DNA of 64,000 nucleotides from a virus (taxonomy: Duplodnaviria; Heunggongvirae; Uroviricota; Caudoviricetes): the IMG/VR virus record IMGVR_UViG_3300045988_003641, positions 1 to 64,000 of that record, one strand, 5' to 3'. Below are positions 63,843 through 64,000 of the stretch, in pieces (within the stretch, counting starts at the first letter, position 1; each line of letters starts with the position of its first letter). The translations under genes and the position numbers were made by a program. The notes below the pieces were generated by a model that was not told the origin of the DNA, ran no database searches, and saw nothing but the letters and a program-made list of their open reading frames with translations.

Positions 63843-64000
63843 TAGTTATAAAAGAGAGGGGTTCACACCATTCTTTGAAGAAAAAAGTTTAAATAAATTT
63901 CAGGAAGAGTGTTTGACAAAGATTGATAGGTTCTATAGAATGCTCCACATGAAATGCGATGGAGAAGTTGAAATAGAACAACAGTTCCATCAAAGTATGA

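Overview
The window reads as about 64 kb of a virulent tailed dsDNA phage (contractile-tail, myovirus-like), starting with 63 nt of Illumina Nextera adapter. All calls are by-eye reading of the sequence and ORF track; no database search or RNA folding was run. Layout: (1) 0.2-7.3 kb, plus-strand early region of about 18 small ORFs, each behind one of two recurring promoter-hairpin-leader cassettes; (2) 7.4-9.0 kb, a 1.6 kb ORF-free tract packed with TGTTA(A/G) repeats; (3) 9.0-16.6 kb, minus-strand cluster with a GH24 endolysin and an Ig-like triple-repeat protein; (4) 16.8-24.4 kb, a vWA-domain protein with Ro60/TROVE-like architecture followed by an array of about 27 tRNAs covering all 20 amino acids, interrupted by an HNH endonuclease and a family of structured non-tRNA elements; (5) 24.7-48.4 kb, the structural module from terminase to two tail fibers; (6) 48.5-59.4 kb, minus-strand nucleotide-metabolism and replication genes; (7) 59.6-64.0 kb, plus-strand dNMP kinase and primase-helicase. 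The most interesting candidate system is the Ro60-like protein next to the tRNA array with Y-RNA-like elements, one carrying a permuted tRNA-like module.
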